NCBI RefSeq assembly: GCF_003044305.1
Contig: NZ_PZOX01000005.1
Span: 451,493-515,492, forward strand
DNA: 64,000 nt
Origin: Vitiosangium sp. GDMCC 1.1324
GTDB taxonomy: Bacteria > Myxococcota > Myxococcia > Myxococcales > Myxococcaceae
Reading direction: 5' to 3'
The notes beneath the pieces are model-generated. The model searched no databases. It saw only the letters and a list, made by a program, of their open reading frames with translations, and was not told where the DNA came from. Below, one piece after another: positions 27,681-36,170 of this stretch. Positions within the stretch are counted from its first letter, which is position 1; every line of letters starts with the position of its first letter. Position numbers and translations under genes: made by a program.

Positions 27681-29027
27681 ATGGGGCTCTTCCGGCTGAC
27701 CTGGCCGATCTTCTTGGAGTTCCTCCTCTTCATGCTGATGGGCACGGCGGACACGCTGATGCTCAGTGGCGTCTCCGACGACGCGGTCTCCGCGGTAGGT
27801 GTCGTCAACCAGTACGTCTACATCTCCATCCTGATCATGGAGGTGATCAGCAACGGGGCCTCCGTCGTCGTGGCGCAGTACATCGGCGCCCAGAGAACAC
27901 GGGAAGCCGCCCGGATCGCCGCGCTCTCCATCACGCTGAACCTGCTGCTCGGCCTCGCGGTCAGCGCGGGCCTGCTGCTGATTGGAAACACGCTCCTGGA
28001 CGACATGAACCTGCACGGCCAGGTGTTGGCCCATGCGAAGACGTACATGGGCATCGCGGGCGGATTCCTCTTCCTGCAGGCGCTCATCAACGTCTTCTCC
28101 AGCATGATCCGCACGTACGGATTCACGAAGCAATCCATGTACGTCTCGCTGGGCATGAACGTGATCCACGTGTTCTGCAACTACCTGCTCATCTTCGGCC
28201 ACTTCGGGCTGCCGAAGCTGGGGGTGGCCGGTGCGGCGGTCTCCACTGTAATAAGCCGGTCCCTCGCGCTCGTCGTCTTCGTCTGGATGCTGTACCGCGT
28301 GATGGACGTCCGGATGGTGACTCGGGACTACGTGACGTTCTCGAAGGAGTACATCCGGAAGATCCTCAAGGTGGGCATTCCTTCCGCCGTCGAGCAGGTC
28401 ACCTATCACGTCTGCCAGACGGTGTTCGTTTACTACGTGACCTTCCTCGGCTCCGCGGCCCTGGCGTCCAGGCAGTATGCGATGGCCATCTCCCAGTATG
28501 TCTTCCTGTTCAGCCTCTCCCTGGGGATCGGGACCTCCATCATCGTCGGACGTCTGGTGGGGGCGAGCCGCACGGACGACGCGTTCCGCCAGACCCTCAC
28601 CAGCTTGAAATGGGGCGTGGCGCTCACCGTCGCGGTGGACGTGATCGCCATCCTGTTGCGCAAGCCATTGATCGGACTGTTCACGGAGAATGCCGACATC
28701 ATCCGGATCACCTCCCAGGTCATCGTCCTGAGTCTCGTCCTCGAGACCGGGCGGTCCTTCAACCTCGTGCTGGTGAACTCCCTGCGGGCCGCCGGAGATG
28801 CCACGTTCACCGTCTACATGGGATTCCTGTCCATGGCCTGTTTGAGCCTGTCCCTGGGCTACCTCTTCGTCTTCAAGCTGAACCTGGGATTGCCCGGCGT
28901 CTGGCTCGCCGTCGCGGCGGATGAGTGGACGCGAGGCATCGTCTTCTGGTTCCGCTGGCGCAGCAGGGCCTGGGAGAGAAAGTCGCTCGTCGCCCCCGCC
29001 GAGCCCGCGACGGTGGCGCTCACGTGA
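27681..29027 (+). CDS. MATE family efflux transporter
   Basis: 12-TM profile; MGLFRLTWPIFLEFLLFMLMGTADTLMLSG... Alternative upstream start ATG 27648. Confidence 0.8.
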   Translation: MGLFRLTWPIFLEFLLFMLMGTADTLMLSGVSDDAVSAVGVVNQYVYISILIMEVISNGASVVVAQYIGAQRTREAARIAALSITLNLLLGLAVSAGLLLIGNTLLDDMNLHGQVLAHAKTYMGIAGGFLFLQALINVFSSMIRTYGFTKQSMYVSLGMNVIHVFCNYLLIFGHFGLPKLGVAGAAVSTVISRSLALVVFVWMLYRVMDVRMVTRDYVTFSKEYIRKILKVGIPSAVEQVTYHVCQTVFVYYVTFLGSAALASRQYAMAISQYVFLFSLSLGIGTSIIVGRLVGASRTDDAFRQTLTSLKWGVALTVAVDVIAILLRKPLIGLFTENADIIRITSQVIVLSLVLETGRSFNLVLVNSLRAAGDATFTVYMGFLSMACLSLSLGYLFVFKLNLGLPGVWLAVAADEWTRGIVFWFRWRSRAWERKSLVAPAEPATVALT

Positions 29028-29893
29028 GGCACTTCGTCATGGTCGCCTTGGGGGCCACCCTCTGGGGGTGCTGGTCCCTCTTCCTGCGCCCCGCTGGGCT
29101 CTCCGGCATCCAGTGCGCCTTCCTCTCCATGGCCCTCATGGCGCTCCCGGCGCCCTTCGTCCTCCGGCCCCAGGCCTTCCGGGACCGGCGGGCCACGCTC
29201 GCGCTCGGCATCCTCGGGCTGTCCGACGCCGCCAACTGCGCCCTCTTCTTCGCCGCCGTCCAGCGCGGCCCCGTCGCCGTCGCCGTCCTCACCCACTACC
29301 TCGCCCCCCTCCTCATCGCCCTCGCCGCCCCCTGGGTCCTCCGCGAGCGCCGCTCCACCCGCGCCCTCCTCGCCGCCCCCCTCACCCTCGCCGGCCTGGC
29401 GCTCCTGCTGGGGACTCCGCGCGGCGGCTTCTCCGACCCCTGGACCGCCCTGCTCGGAGGAGGCAGTGCCCTCTTCTACATGGCCAACGTCCTCGCCTCG
29501 AAAGAGGCCTCCCGGGCGTACTCGCCCCTGGCCGTCTCCGCCCTCCACGCCCCCATCGCCGCCCTCGCGCTCCTGCTCGTCTTCGGACGCGGCGCCCTGC
29601 CGCCCACGCTCGACTCCCACGTCCTCCTGGCCGCCGCCGGCTGCGTCCTGTGCGGCCTCTTCGCCAACATGCTGTTCCTCGCCGGACTGCGCGGCATCCC
29701 CACCACCGCCGCGGGAGCCCTCACCTACCTGGAGCCCCTCACCGCCGCCCTCGTCGGGCAGCTCGTCTTTGGCGAGGCCCTCGGGCCCCTGGGGGTCCTC
29801 GGGGGCCTCGCCGTCCTCCTCACGGGGGTCTGGGTCGCCAGCGAGCCTCGGGCCGGCGCCCAGCCGGTTCCCGCCCCCACGAGTACGGGGTAA
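29024..29893 (+). CDS. EamA/DMT family transporter
   Basis: 10-TM protein with duplicated EamA-like halves. GTG start overlapping the MATE stop (alternative ATG 29039). Confidence 0.7.
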   Translation: MRHFVMVALGATLWGCWSLFLRPAGLSGIQCAFLSMALMALPAPFVLRPQAFRDRRATLALGILGLSDAANCALFFAAVQRGPVAVAVLTHYLAPLLIALAAPWVLRERRSTRALLAAPLTLAGLALLLGTPRGGFSDPWTALLGGGSALFYMANVLASKEASRAYSPLAVSALHAPIAALALLLVFGRGALPPTLDSHVLLAAAGCVLCGLFANMLFLAGLRGIPTTAAGALTYLEPLTAALVGQLVFGEALGPLGVLGGLAVLLTGVWVASEPRAGAQPVPAPTSTG

Positions 29894-29917
29894 CCCGTGG
29901 GGTCGGGGGGGTCGAGG

Positions 29918-30256
29918 CTACTTCAGTTCCTCCTCCAGAGCGGCCCGGACCTGGGCGGTGAAGCCCGCCAGGAGCTGGCCGCCCGTGTCGATGAGGGGTC
30001 TGCGCACGTGGTTCGGGTTCGCCGCCAGGTGCCGCACCAGCTCCTCCTCCCCGAGCGCCCCCAGCTCCGCCTTCCTCTTGGGGGCGATCAGCTCCCGGAC
30101 TCCGCCCAACCTCGCCGCCAGGGCCCGGACCTCGGCCTCGCTCAGCGGCTTCTTCGCCAGCTCCCGCACTTCCGCCTGCACTGCCTTGTGCGCGAGAAAC
30201 TCCCGCGCTGACTTACAACCCGTTCAACCGTTCTTGATATAGAGCGTGATGGACAT
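29918..30256 (-). CDS. ArsC/Spx/YffB-family thioredoxin-fold protein with in-frame TGA (30226-30224) at the catalytic Cys position: candidate selenoprotein (U-T-G-C redox motif)
   Basis: Manual translation: MSITLYIKNG-[TGA]-TGCKSAREFLAHKAVQAEVRELAKK...RPLIDTGGQLLAGF...; compare YffB [20 protein letters not shown]. The ORF track shows only the 87-aa piece from GTG 30181. Hairpin GCGCGGG-AGUUU-CUCGCGC begins 16 nt 3' of the UGA. GGGAGG SD before ATG 30256. Confidence 0.5.
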
Positions 30257-30367
30257 GCCTCCCGTCTACCAGTCCACCCCCCTCCCCTCAAATACCCGCT
30301 TGCGCTGAGGGCCGGGGGAGTGGTCCTCTCTGGTCATCCCGTCTGCCTCCACGGGAGCAGTCCCCTC

Positions 30368-30913
30368 ATGGAACCCTCCGTCGATAGCCGCGAGTACCGC
30401 GTCGTCTTCTTCTGCCCGACCTCGAGCGCCCAGCTCGAACACATCGAGGCACCCGTGCGCCGCGTCCTCACGCGCATCTCCGCTCCCCCCGCCGAGCTCG
30501 CCCCGCTGGAGGCCGCCGGGACGCTCGGAGAGGCGGGCTGGCGTGTCTACCTGGTGCGCTCCATGACCGAGCGCTCCGCCGCGCACGCCCTGGCCGCCCA
30601 TGTCACCGAGGCCGCCGCGGCCATCGCCGCCGAGCTGGACACCGAGGTGCTCGGGCTCTACGTGGACGTGGCCAGCGACTCGTCGCGCGTGTGCCGCTGC
30701 ATGCCGGACGAGAGCCCCGAGACATTCGCCGGCCGCCGCCGCAACGTGCTCGACCGCACGGCCGAGTGGCTGGACGTCAACCCGGCCAGCCTGTCGGCCC
30801 TCTTCCAGCTCGGCATGGAGACGGACGAGGAGATGGACGCCGAGGACCGCTTCGTCGAGGCCAAGCTGCGCGAGGCGCGCGAGCTCATGCAGCGCTATCG
30901 TCAGGGCAAATGA
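30368..30913 (+). CDS. hypothetical protein, translationally coupled to the downstream DTW gene
   Basis: MEPSVDSREYRVVFFCPTSS...; stop TGA overlaps ATG of the next gene (caaATGAgg). Confidence 0.5.
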   Translation: MEPSVDSREYRVVFFCPTSSAQLEHIEAPVRRVLTRISAPPAELAPLEAAGTLGEAGWRVYLVRSMTERSAAHALAAHVTEAAAAIAAELDTEVLGLYVDVASDSSRVCRCMPDESPETFAGRRRNVLDRTAEWLDVNPASLSALFQLGMETDEEMDAEDRFVEAKLREARELMQRYRQGK

Positions 30914-31503
30914 GGTCTCGGACCCCGGCGGATCTCGCCGGTCGCTGCCCCGGCTGTTACCTGCCCACCGCGCTGTGCCTGTGCGCCGACGTGCCCCGGC
31001 TCGAGACGCGCACGCGCTTCCTCGTCATCCGCCACAACAAGGAAGCGAACAAGTCCACCAACACGGCGCGGCTGGCGGCGCTCGCCCTGACGAACTGCCA
31101 CATCGTCTCCTATGGAGCCCCGGGTCAGCCCTTCGACCTGTCGGTGCTCGCGGCGCCGGACACGTGGCTGCTCTTCCCGGATGCCCAGCCGCCCCCGCCC
31201 GGTACGCCTCCGCCCGAGCGCGTGGTGGTGCTGGATGGCAACTGGACGCAGGCCCGGCGCATGTACCAACGACTGCCCGAGCTGCGCCGCCTGCCGGGGC
31301 TCCCCCTGCCTCCTCCCCCGCCAGAGGCCCGGCGCCTGCGCCGCTCGCCCCACCCCTATGGGATGTCCACCGTGGAGGCCATCGCCGGGGCCATCTCCGT
31401 CCTCGAGGGCGAGCCGGTGGCCCGCTCGCTCCATGCGCTCCACGAGCTGATGATCGACCGCGTGCTCGCCGCCCGGGGCCGGATCAACGACGACGACGAC
31501 TGA
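30910..31503 (+). CDS. DTW-domain protein (tRNA-uridine aminocarboxypropyltransferase TapT/YfiP family)
   Basis: CPGCYLPTALCLC Cys cluster and VLDGNWTQARRMY (DTW motif). Confidence 0.75.
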   Translation: MRSRTPADLAGRCPGCYLPTALCLCADVPRLETRTRFLVIRHNKEANKSTNTARLAALALTNCHIVSYGAPGQPFDLSVLAAPDTWLLFPDAQPPPPGTPPPERVVVLDGNWTQARRMYQRLPELRRLPGLPLPPPPPEARRLRRSPHPYGMSTVEAIAGAISVLEGEPVARSLHALHELMIDRVLAARGRINDDDD

Positions 31504-31556
31504 GCGACGCCGCGGCGCGCCACGAGCCCCTGCCTGGAAGAGCGGCCGGGTGACGG

Positions 31557-32138
31557 ATGGTCATCGGACAGCATCTCGGTGGTAGGGTCGGCGCCGTGAA
31601 TCAAAGGCTGATCTTCGATTACACACTGCAGAGCAACCTCCGGGTGCTGGGACAACCGCTCGCGCCCGAACATGTCTCCGGGCTGATGGAGCTGGGCGTC
31701 GACCCGAGCAGGCCGTTGCTGCCGGCGTACCCGGTGGAGACGTACACCGCGGTCATCGACTTCATCGCCGCGCAGCTGTGGCCGGGGCTGCCTCGGGACG
31801 AGGCGGGCTTCGAGCTGGGCCGGGCCTTCATGCGCTCGTACCGGGAGACGCTGATGGGCAAGGCGGTGCTCTCGGTGACGCGGGTCATCGGGCCGCACCG
31901 GACCCTGGAGCGCATGAACCGCAACTTCCGCAGCGCGAACAACTACACCGAGACGCGCCTGCAGAAGGTGGGGCCGAGCACCTACGAACTGTGGTTCAAC
32001 TATGCGATGCGCACCGGCTACTTCCGGGGGCTGATCACCGAGGCGCTGGAGAAGACCAGCGCCAAGGCGCTCTCGGTGACGCTCGTCGCCAGCAGTACCG
32101 GCGGCGAGGCCACGTTCCGCATCTCGTGGACGGATTGA
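31557..32138 (+). CDS. TIGR02265/DUF2378-like protein (myxobacterial paralogous family), tentative
   Basis: 193 aa. Its 3' ~125 nt is duplicated at 34496-34628. Confidence 0.5.
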   Translation: MVIGQHLGGRVGAVNQRLIFDYTLQSNLRVLGQPLAPEHVSGLMELGVDPSRPLLPAYPVETYTAVIDFIAAQLWPGLPRDEAGFELGRAFMRSYRETLMGKAVLSVTRVIGPHRTLERMNRNFRSANNYTETRLQKVGPSTYELWFNYAMRTGYFRGLITEALEKTSAKALSVTLVASSTGGEATFRISWTD

Positions 32139-32146
32139 GCCTCCCG
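32021..32146 (+). repeat. Repeat A copy 1 (intact 3' end of gene 31557-32138)
   Basis: ~90% identical to 34496-34628. Confidence 0.85.
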
Positions 32147-32168
32147 CGGGGAGGGGCAACGGTCCCGA

Positions 32169-32288
32169 TGCGGCATCCCGGAGACACGCCTGAGACCGGC
32201 TCGCGCCGCCCGGAAACCGGCTGGCGACAAGCGCATGGAGCCTTCGAGAAGCGGCCCCCATCATTGCACTCCAGGAGGGACCATGAAC
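32169..32288 (+). repeat. Repeat B copy 1: 120-bp conserved upstream element ending ...ctccaggagggaccATGAAC
   Basis: ~83% identity, gap-free, to 39484-39603. Contains direct repeats GAGACCGGCT/GAAACCGGCT with 21-bp periodicity. Confidence 0.8.
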
Positions 32289-32328
32289 CTGATGACGCAC
32301 CCCGCCACCGGGCGCGTAGGCTGCGGCA

Positions 32329-33633
32329 ATGATGCAGAGAGCTTCGTTCCTCCTCCCTCGCCTGTTCCTAGCGCTGAGCCTCGCCCTTGCCTCCTCGTGT
32401 GCCACCTCTCAATCCGGTGTGGCCGACAACCAGAGCCAACCACCTGCTGAGCCCCAAGTGGTGCGCGCCACGTGGTTGCTGGGAGAGCAGCTCCAGCTCG
32501 ACTTCGAGCCCGTCCCGCTGCCTCCCCGTCTGGAGACAGTCACGGTGGAGGAAATCCGTTCGGTGCTTGCCGACTTCCTCCAATGCGTCGAGGACACGTC
32601 CCAGTTCCAGATCCTTCCCGTCCTGGCCTCATCCACGAGCGGGCTCCCGCCATGGGAAGCGCGGCTGCGTGCGGAGTTCCTCACCCGGTACGGCCCAGGG
32701 CTGTTGCCACTGCCCGACTCGTTGGAACGCAGCCCGCTTTTCATGGCCCTCAGGCTCTCGCCTCGCTATATGGGGCCGGGCCTCCGCGACGCAGCGCGAG
32801 AGCTGTTCCGCTCGCCCATCTTCCTGGCCAGCGTCACTCTGTCGATCCTGGTGTACTTCTCCGCGTGGGTGCTGCCCGAGCCCCTCTTCTCCAAGGCGTT
32901 CGCCGCCACGCTTACCGCCAGGCTCGCGCTCGCGGTGGGACTGTTGGAGCTGCGCAACATCGCGCTGGCCTTCCTGCAGTTCTACAGAGAGGCACAAACG
33001 GCCAGGACGATGAAGGAGATAGAAGCCGTCGCCGAGAGGTTCGGCCGTGCGCTCGGAGGCACGGCGCTGCGCGTGCTCGTCATGGCCGCCAGCTTCGGCG
33101 TGGCGAAGGCCCTGCCCAACGTGCCTCCCGGCGGGCTCGGCCCGCTGCTGAGTTCTCCACGCTTTGCCATGGCGGGGGGAGGAAGCGTCCAGTTCGCGAG
33201 CACGGCTCATGTGGTGGCGGACGGCACCATTGTTCTCGCGGGAGCGGCCATGGGGACTGCCGGCTCCACGGCGGGCGGTGTCTGCAGTGACGGCTCCGAG
33301 AAGAAGGACGGCTACCAGTGGCACCACCTGGCCACAGACAAGAATGACGCTTCACCTCTGAGAGGTGGACCTTGGACACCGCGCTTCCAGCGGCTCTTTG
33401 GCAAGGCGGGAATGCAGCTCAACGATCCCGCGAACCGCGTCTACCTCTTGGGCCATCTGGGACCACACCCAGAGCGGTATCACGCGGAAGTCCACCGGAG
33501 GCTCGAAGCAGCCCTGGAAGGCTGTGGCAGCATCTCGCAGTGCAGAGTGCGCTTGGTGGAGGAACTCCGAAGAATCAAGGATGAAGTATGCACCCGCGGC
33601 TCCCCCCTGCATCGGCTCCTGACGGAATCGTGA
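32329..33633 (+). CDS. lipoprotein polymorphic toxin with C-terminal HNH/EndoVII-fold nuclease domain of WHH/AHH type (SitA-like)
   Basis: Lipobox LALSLALASSC. C-terminal DGYQWHHLATDKNDASPLRGGPW...QLNDPANRVYLLGHLGPHPERYHAEVHRRL (HH...N...H...H pattern of WHH/AHH toxin domains). Confidence 0.6.
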   Translation: MMQRASFLLPRLFLALSLALASSCATSQSGVADNQSQPPAEPQVVRATWLLGEQLQLDFEPVPLPPRLETVTVEEIRSVLADFLQCVEDTSQFQILPVLASSTSGLPPWEARLRAEFLTRYGPGLLPLPDSLERSPLFMALRLSPRYMGPGLRDAARELFRSPIFLASVTLSILVYFSAWVLPEPLFSKAFAATLTARLALAVGLLELRNIALAFLQFYREAQTARTMKEIEAVAERFGRALGGTALRVLVMAASFGVAKALPNVPPGGLGPLLSSPRFAMAGGGSVQFASTAHVVADGTIVLAGAAMGTAGSTAGGVCSDGSEKKDGYQWHHLATDKNDASPLRGGPWTPRFQRLFGKAGMQLNDPANRVYLLGHLGPHPERYHAEVHRRLEAALEGCGSISQCRVRLVEELRRIKDEVCTRGSPLHRLLTES

Positions 33634-33656
33634 AGGATCGAGGCGAGAGTCAAAGT

Positions 33657-34220
33657 ATGACTTGGTATTACGATTTACTGGACGACACGCGGCTGCCAGG
33701 AAGATGGCAGCTTGGGGCGCCCCTGGATGATGGGGGAAACGAAATCGACCCGTGGCAGTTCAAGAAAGGGCGCGTTCTGGAGCTGGGATGCGTGCCCCGC
33801 TTCACGCTTGATCTTCCTGGCCATCCGCTGGATTTCAGCTGGGCGGCTTTTAGCATCCCAGTGGTCTCTGGCCGCTTCGCCAAACTGTTCGAGCGACTGC
33901 GCGTAGAGGGTGTGCAGTTCATTAAAGCCCAGGTCGATGATCAGCCAGAGCCCTGGTACATCCTCAACGCGCTCCGGATCATCCGTTGTATTGATGACGC
34001 TCGTAGTGAGCAAGTCCAATACTGGAAGCCCCAAGACAACCGGCCGGACAAGCTGGGCGAGTATCGTGCTGTCTATGGCATGCGCATTGACTCAGCGAAA
34101 GTAGGGGACGCTCGCATCTTTCGTCCTTGGGGCTGGCGCGTAGCGCTCATCGTTGCAGGGGACATCAAGCAGGCCATCGAAGACACGAACCTCTCTGGAG
34201 CAAGATTCGTAGAGGTTTAG
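33657..34220 (+). CDS. putative cognate immunity protein (lower GC)
   Basis: 187 aa, MTWYYDLLDD...; immediately 3' of the nuclease toxin gene, small and cytoplasmic. Family not recognised. Confidence 0.45.
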   Translation: MTWYYDLLDDTRLPGRWQLGAPLDDGGNEIDPWQFKKGRVLELGCVPRFTLDLPGHPLDFSWAAFSIPVVSGRFAKLFERLRVEGVQFIKAQVDDQPEPWYILNALRIIRCIDDARSEQVQYWKPQDNRPDKLGEYRAVYGMRIDSAKVGDARIFRPWGWRVALIVAGDIKQAIEDTNLSGARFVEV

Positions 34221-34263
34221 AGGCGGCGCGAATCGAACCCGCGCTGGGCGGTGCGAAACCTCT
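34211..34263 (-). other. tRNA T-arm-like stem-loop (minus strand CGCGG-GTTCGATT-CGCGC) nested in an 8-bp outer stem; possible tRNA 3' fragment/att remnant or terminator
   Basis: GGTTCGATTC motif on the minus strand. Outer complementary AGAGGTTT / AAACCTCT. Sits right after the immunity gene stop. Confidence 0.25.
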
Positions 34264-34320
34264 AGTACTACTGTGTCATAAACGTCAGGCTCTGCCGGTG
34301 ACGGTACGGACAGCCGATGC

Positions 34321-34500
34321 ATGAAGGATGAGGACTGCCCGAAAGAGTTCTCCTGCCTGCCCGTCAAAACCAAGGATGGACAGGCCCTGGTCCGCAGGTG
34401 CTCGCTCATTGGAGAGCGGAAGGAAGGAGAAAGGTGTGACGTGCTCGCACGCAGTCATCGTTTCGGCTGCGCGCGAGGACTCCTCTGCCAGGCGGGCACC
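34321..34500 (+). pseudogene. Cys-rich gene fragment (DEDCPKEFSCLPVKTKDGQALVRRCSLIGERKEGERCDVLARSHRFGCARGLLCQ)
   Basis: Orphan ORF fragment fused to repeat A copy 2; no start context. Confidence 0.3.
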
Positions 34501-34628
34501 GGCTACTTCCGGGGGCTGCTCACCGAGGCGCTGGAGAAGACCAGCACCTCGGCTCTCGGTGACGCTCGTCACCAGCAGTGCCGGCGGCGAGGCCACATTC
34601 CGCATCTCGTGGACGGATTGAGCCTCCC
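34496..34628 (+). repeat. Repeat A copy 2 (frameshifted fragment of the TIGR02265-like gene 3' end)
   Basis: GYFRGLLTEALEKTS... then a 2-nt deletion; ...LSVTLVTSSAGGEATFRISWTD* continues in another frame. Confidence 0.85.
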
Positions 34629-34724
34629 ACAGTGGGCTCTCTCCGGGCCAGAGAGTCCTTCTCCTATGCTATCTCCGGGTGACTCGAGTACGCAGAGGAG
34701 CGCGATGGATACCGAAGTGGAAGT

Positions 34725-35643
34725 CATGAAGACGCGGTGGTTGTTACCCGCGGCGTTGCTGCTGGCCATCACGGGATGCGGTGCGCGTTCCGGTGGCGCG
34801 GAAGGCAAGGTCACGTACGCGGAGGTGCCCAGCCCGAGTGAGCCCCGCGGGGTGCATCCGCTGACACTCGACATCGCGGTGCCAGAGGGGCCGGGGCCCT
34901 TTCCCGCAATCGTCTTCATCCACGGTGGCGGATGGGTCATCGGAGATCTGCACGAAGGGAATCTCGAAGAACGAGTCCAGGAAGCGAGCCGGCGGGGCTT
35001 CGTCGGGGTGACCCTCAACTATCGACTCGCGAACCTCGACGATGGACACGGCAAGGCCCTCCATCCCTGGCCGGCGCAACTGCAGGACGTGCGTTGTGCG
35101 CTCCGGTGGCTCGCCGCGAATGCCTCCACGTACAAAGTGGATACGGCCCGGGTGGGGGTACTCGGCCAGTCCGCCGGCGGGCACCTCGCGATGATGTCGG
35201 CGTACGCCCGAAACGACGCACGCTTCGAGCCAGCCTATTGCCCCTACAACGAGAACCTCGAGGTGAAGGCCGTGGTGTCCATGTGCGGCGCCGGTGACCC
35301 CGCGTCCGTCTATGAGACGACAGACTGGTGGGTCAAACCCTACATCTCCCGGTTCCTCGCGCTGCCGGACGGAGCGAAGGTGCGGGATGCGCCCGAGGTC
35401 TTCGCTGACGTCAGCAACCTCACCTACATGGGCCGCGGGCCCAAGGTGCCCCTGCTGATTCTCCAGGGGACGAAGGACACCCTCGTCGTCCCCGAGGTGC
35501 AGCGAGCCTTCGCGGCATCAGCCGAGCTGCTCGGGCAGGAGGTCCACGTCCAGTACTTCGAAGGCGCGGGCCACGACATTGATGCCACCCACCGGGCCGA
35601 GTCGGACGTGCACATCTGGAAGTGGTTCGGGGAGCGGCTATGA
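34725..35643 (+). CDS. lipoprotein alpha/beta hydrolase (esterase/lipase, HGGG + GxSxG)
   Basis: MKTRWLLPAALLLAITGC lipobox; IVFIHGGGWVIGD; GVLGQSAGGHLA. Confidence 0.75.
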
Positions 35644-36170
35644 AGATGCGCCACTTCATCGGCATGCTCGTCCTGCTGGGGGCGCCGCGAGCACTGGCTC
35701 AGTCAGGCGAAGCGCAGACCCAAGCTCCAACCGCGGAGCCCTTCGCTCTTCGGCTGGGGCTCAGCGCCCGGCCGCTCATCGGGCTCAGTGGGCTGAGTGC
35801 TATCAGGACCCACACGCTTCGGGACGGAGGGTGGGTGGTCGCGGACGTCGCCCCCTCCTACCGCCTGTCACGATTCTTCGCCGCCGAGCTCGGCCTGTCG
35901 GCGATGGTGCCCGTGAAGGACGCGTGGGGGTTTCCGGACTTCCGGCTCGCGGTGACACCCGCTGCCCGGCTCGATGCCGGGCCTCTCTACCTGCGCGTCG
36001 GGGTCCCCTTGATGTTCGGGGAGGGATTCAGCATGGGCGCACAGGCCGCGGTGGGCGCGACGCTCTTCAACCACTTCTACGTGGGAGTCGTCGGGGAGGC
36101 CAACGTCAGAGACCTCCTGGGGATGGCGGGGCTCGAACTGGGCGTCCGCTTGGGTGGCCCGAAGCCCTGA
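35640..36170 (+). CDS. secreted hypothetical protein (possible small beta-barrel)
   Basis: Signal peptide MKMRHFIGMLVLLGAPRALAQ; ATGA overlap with the upstream esterase gene. Confidence 0.5.
   Translation: MKMRHFIGMLVLLGAPRALAQSGEAQTQAPTAEPFALRLGLSARPLIGLSGLSAIRTHTLRDGGWVVADVAPSYRLSRFFAAELGLSAMVPVKDAWGFPDFRLAVTPAARLDAGPLYLRVGVPLMFGEGFSMGAQAAVGATLFNHFYVGVVGEANVRDLLGMAGLELGVRLGGPKP

Noticed and set aside
32235-32450. 71-aa ORF starting at the repeat-B ATG (MEPSRSG..MNLMTHPATGRVGCGND...)
   Set aside because: The frame is created by the repeat element and is out of frame with the toxin gene. Its nucleotide differences from copy 2 are not codon-structured, so it is treated as a non-coding leader.
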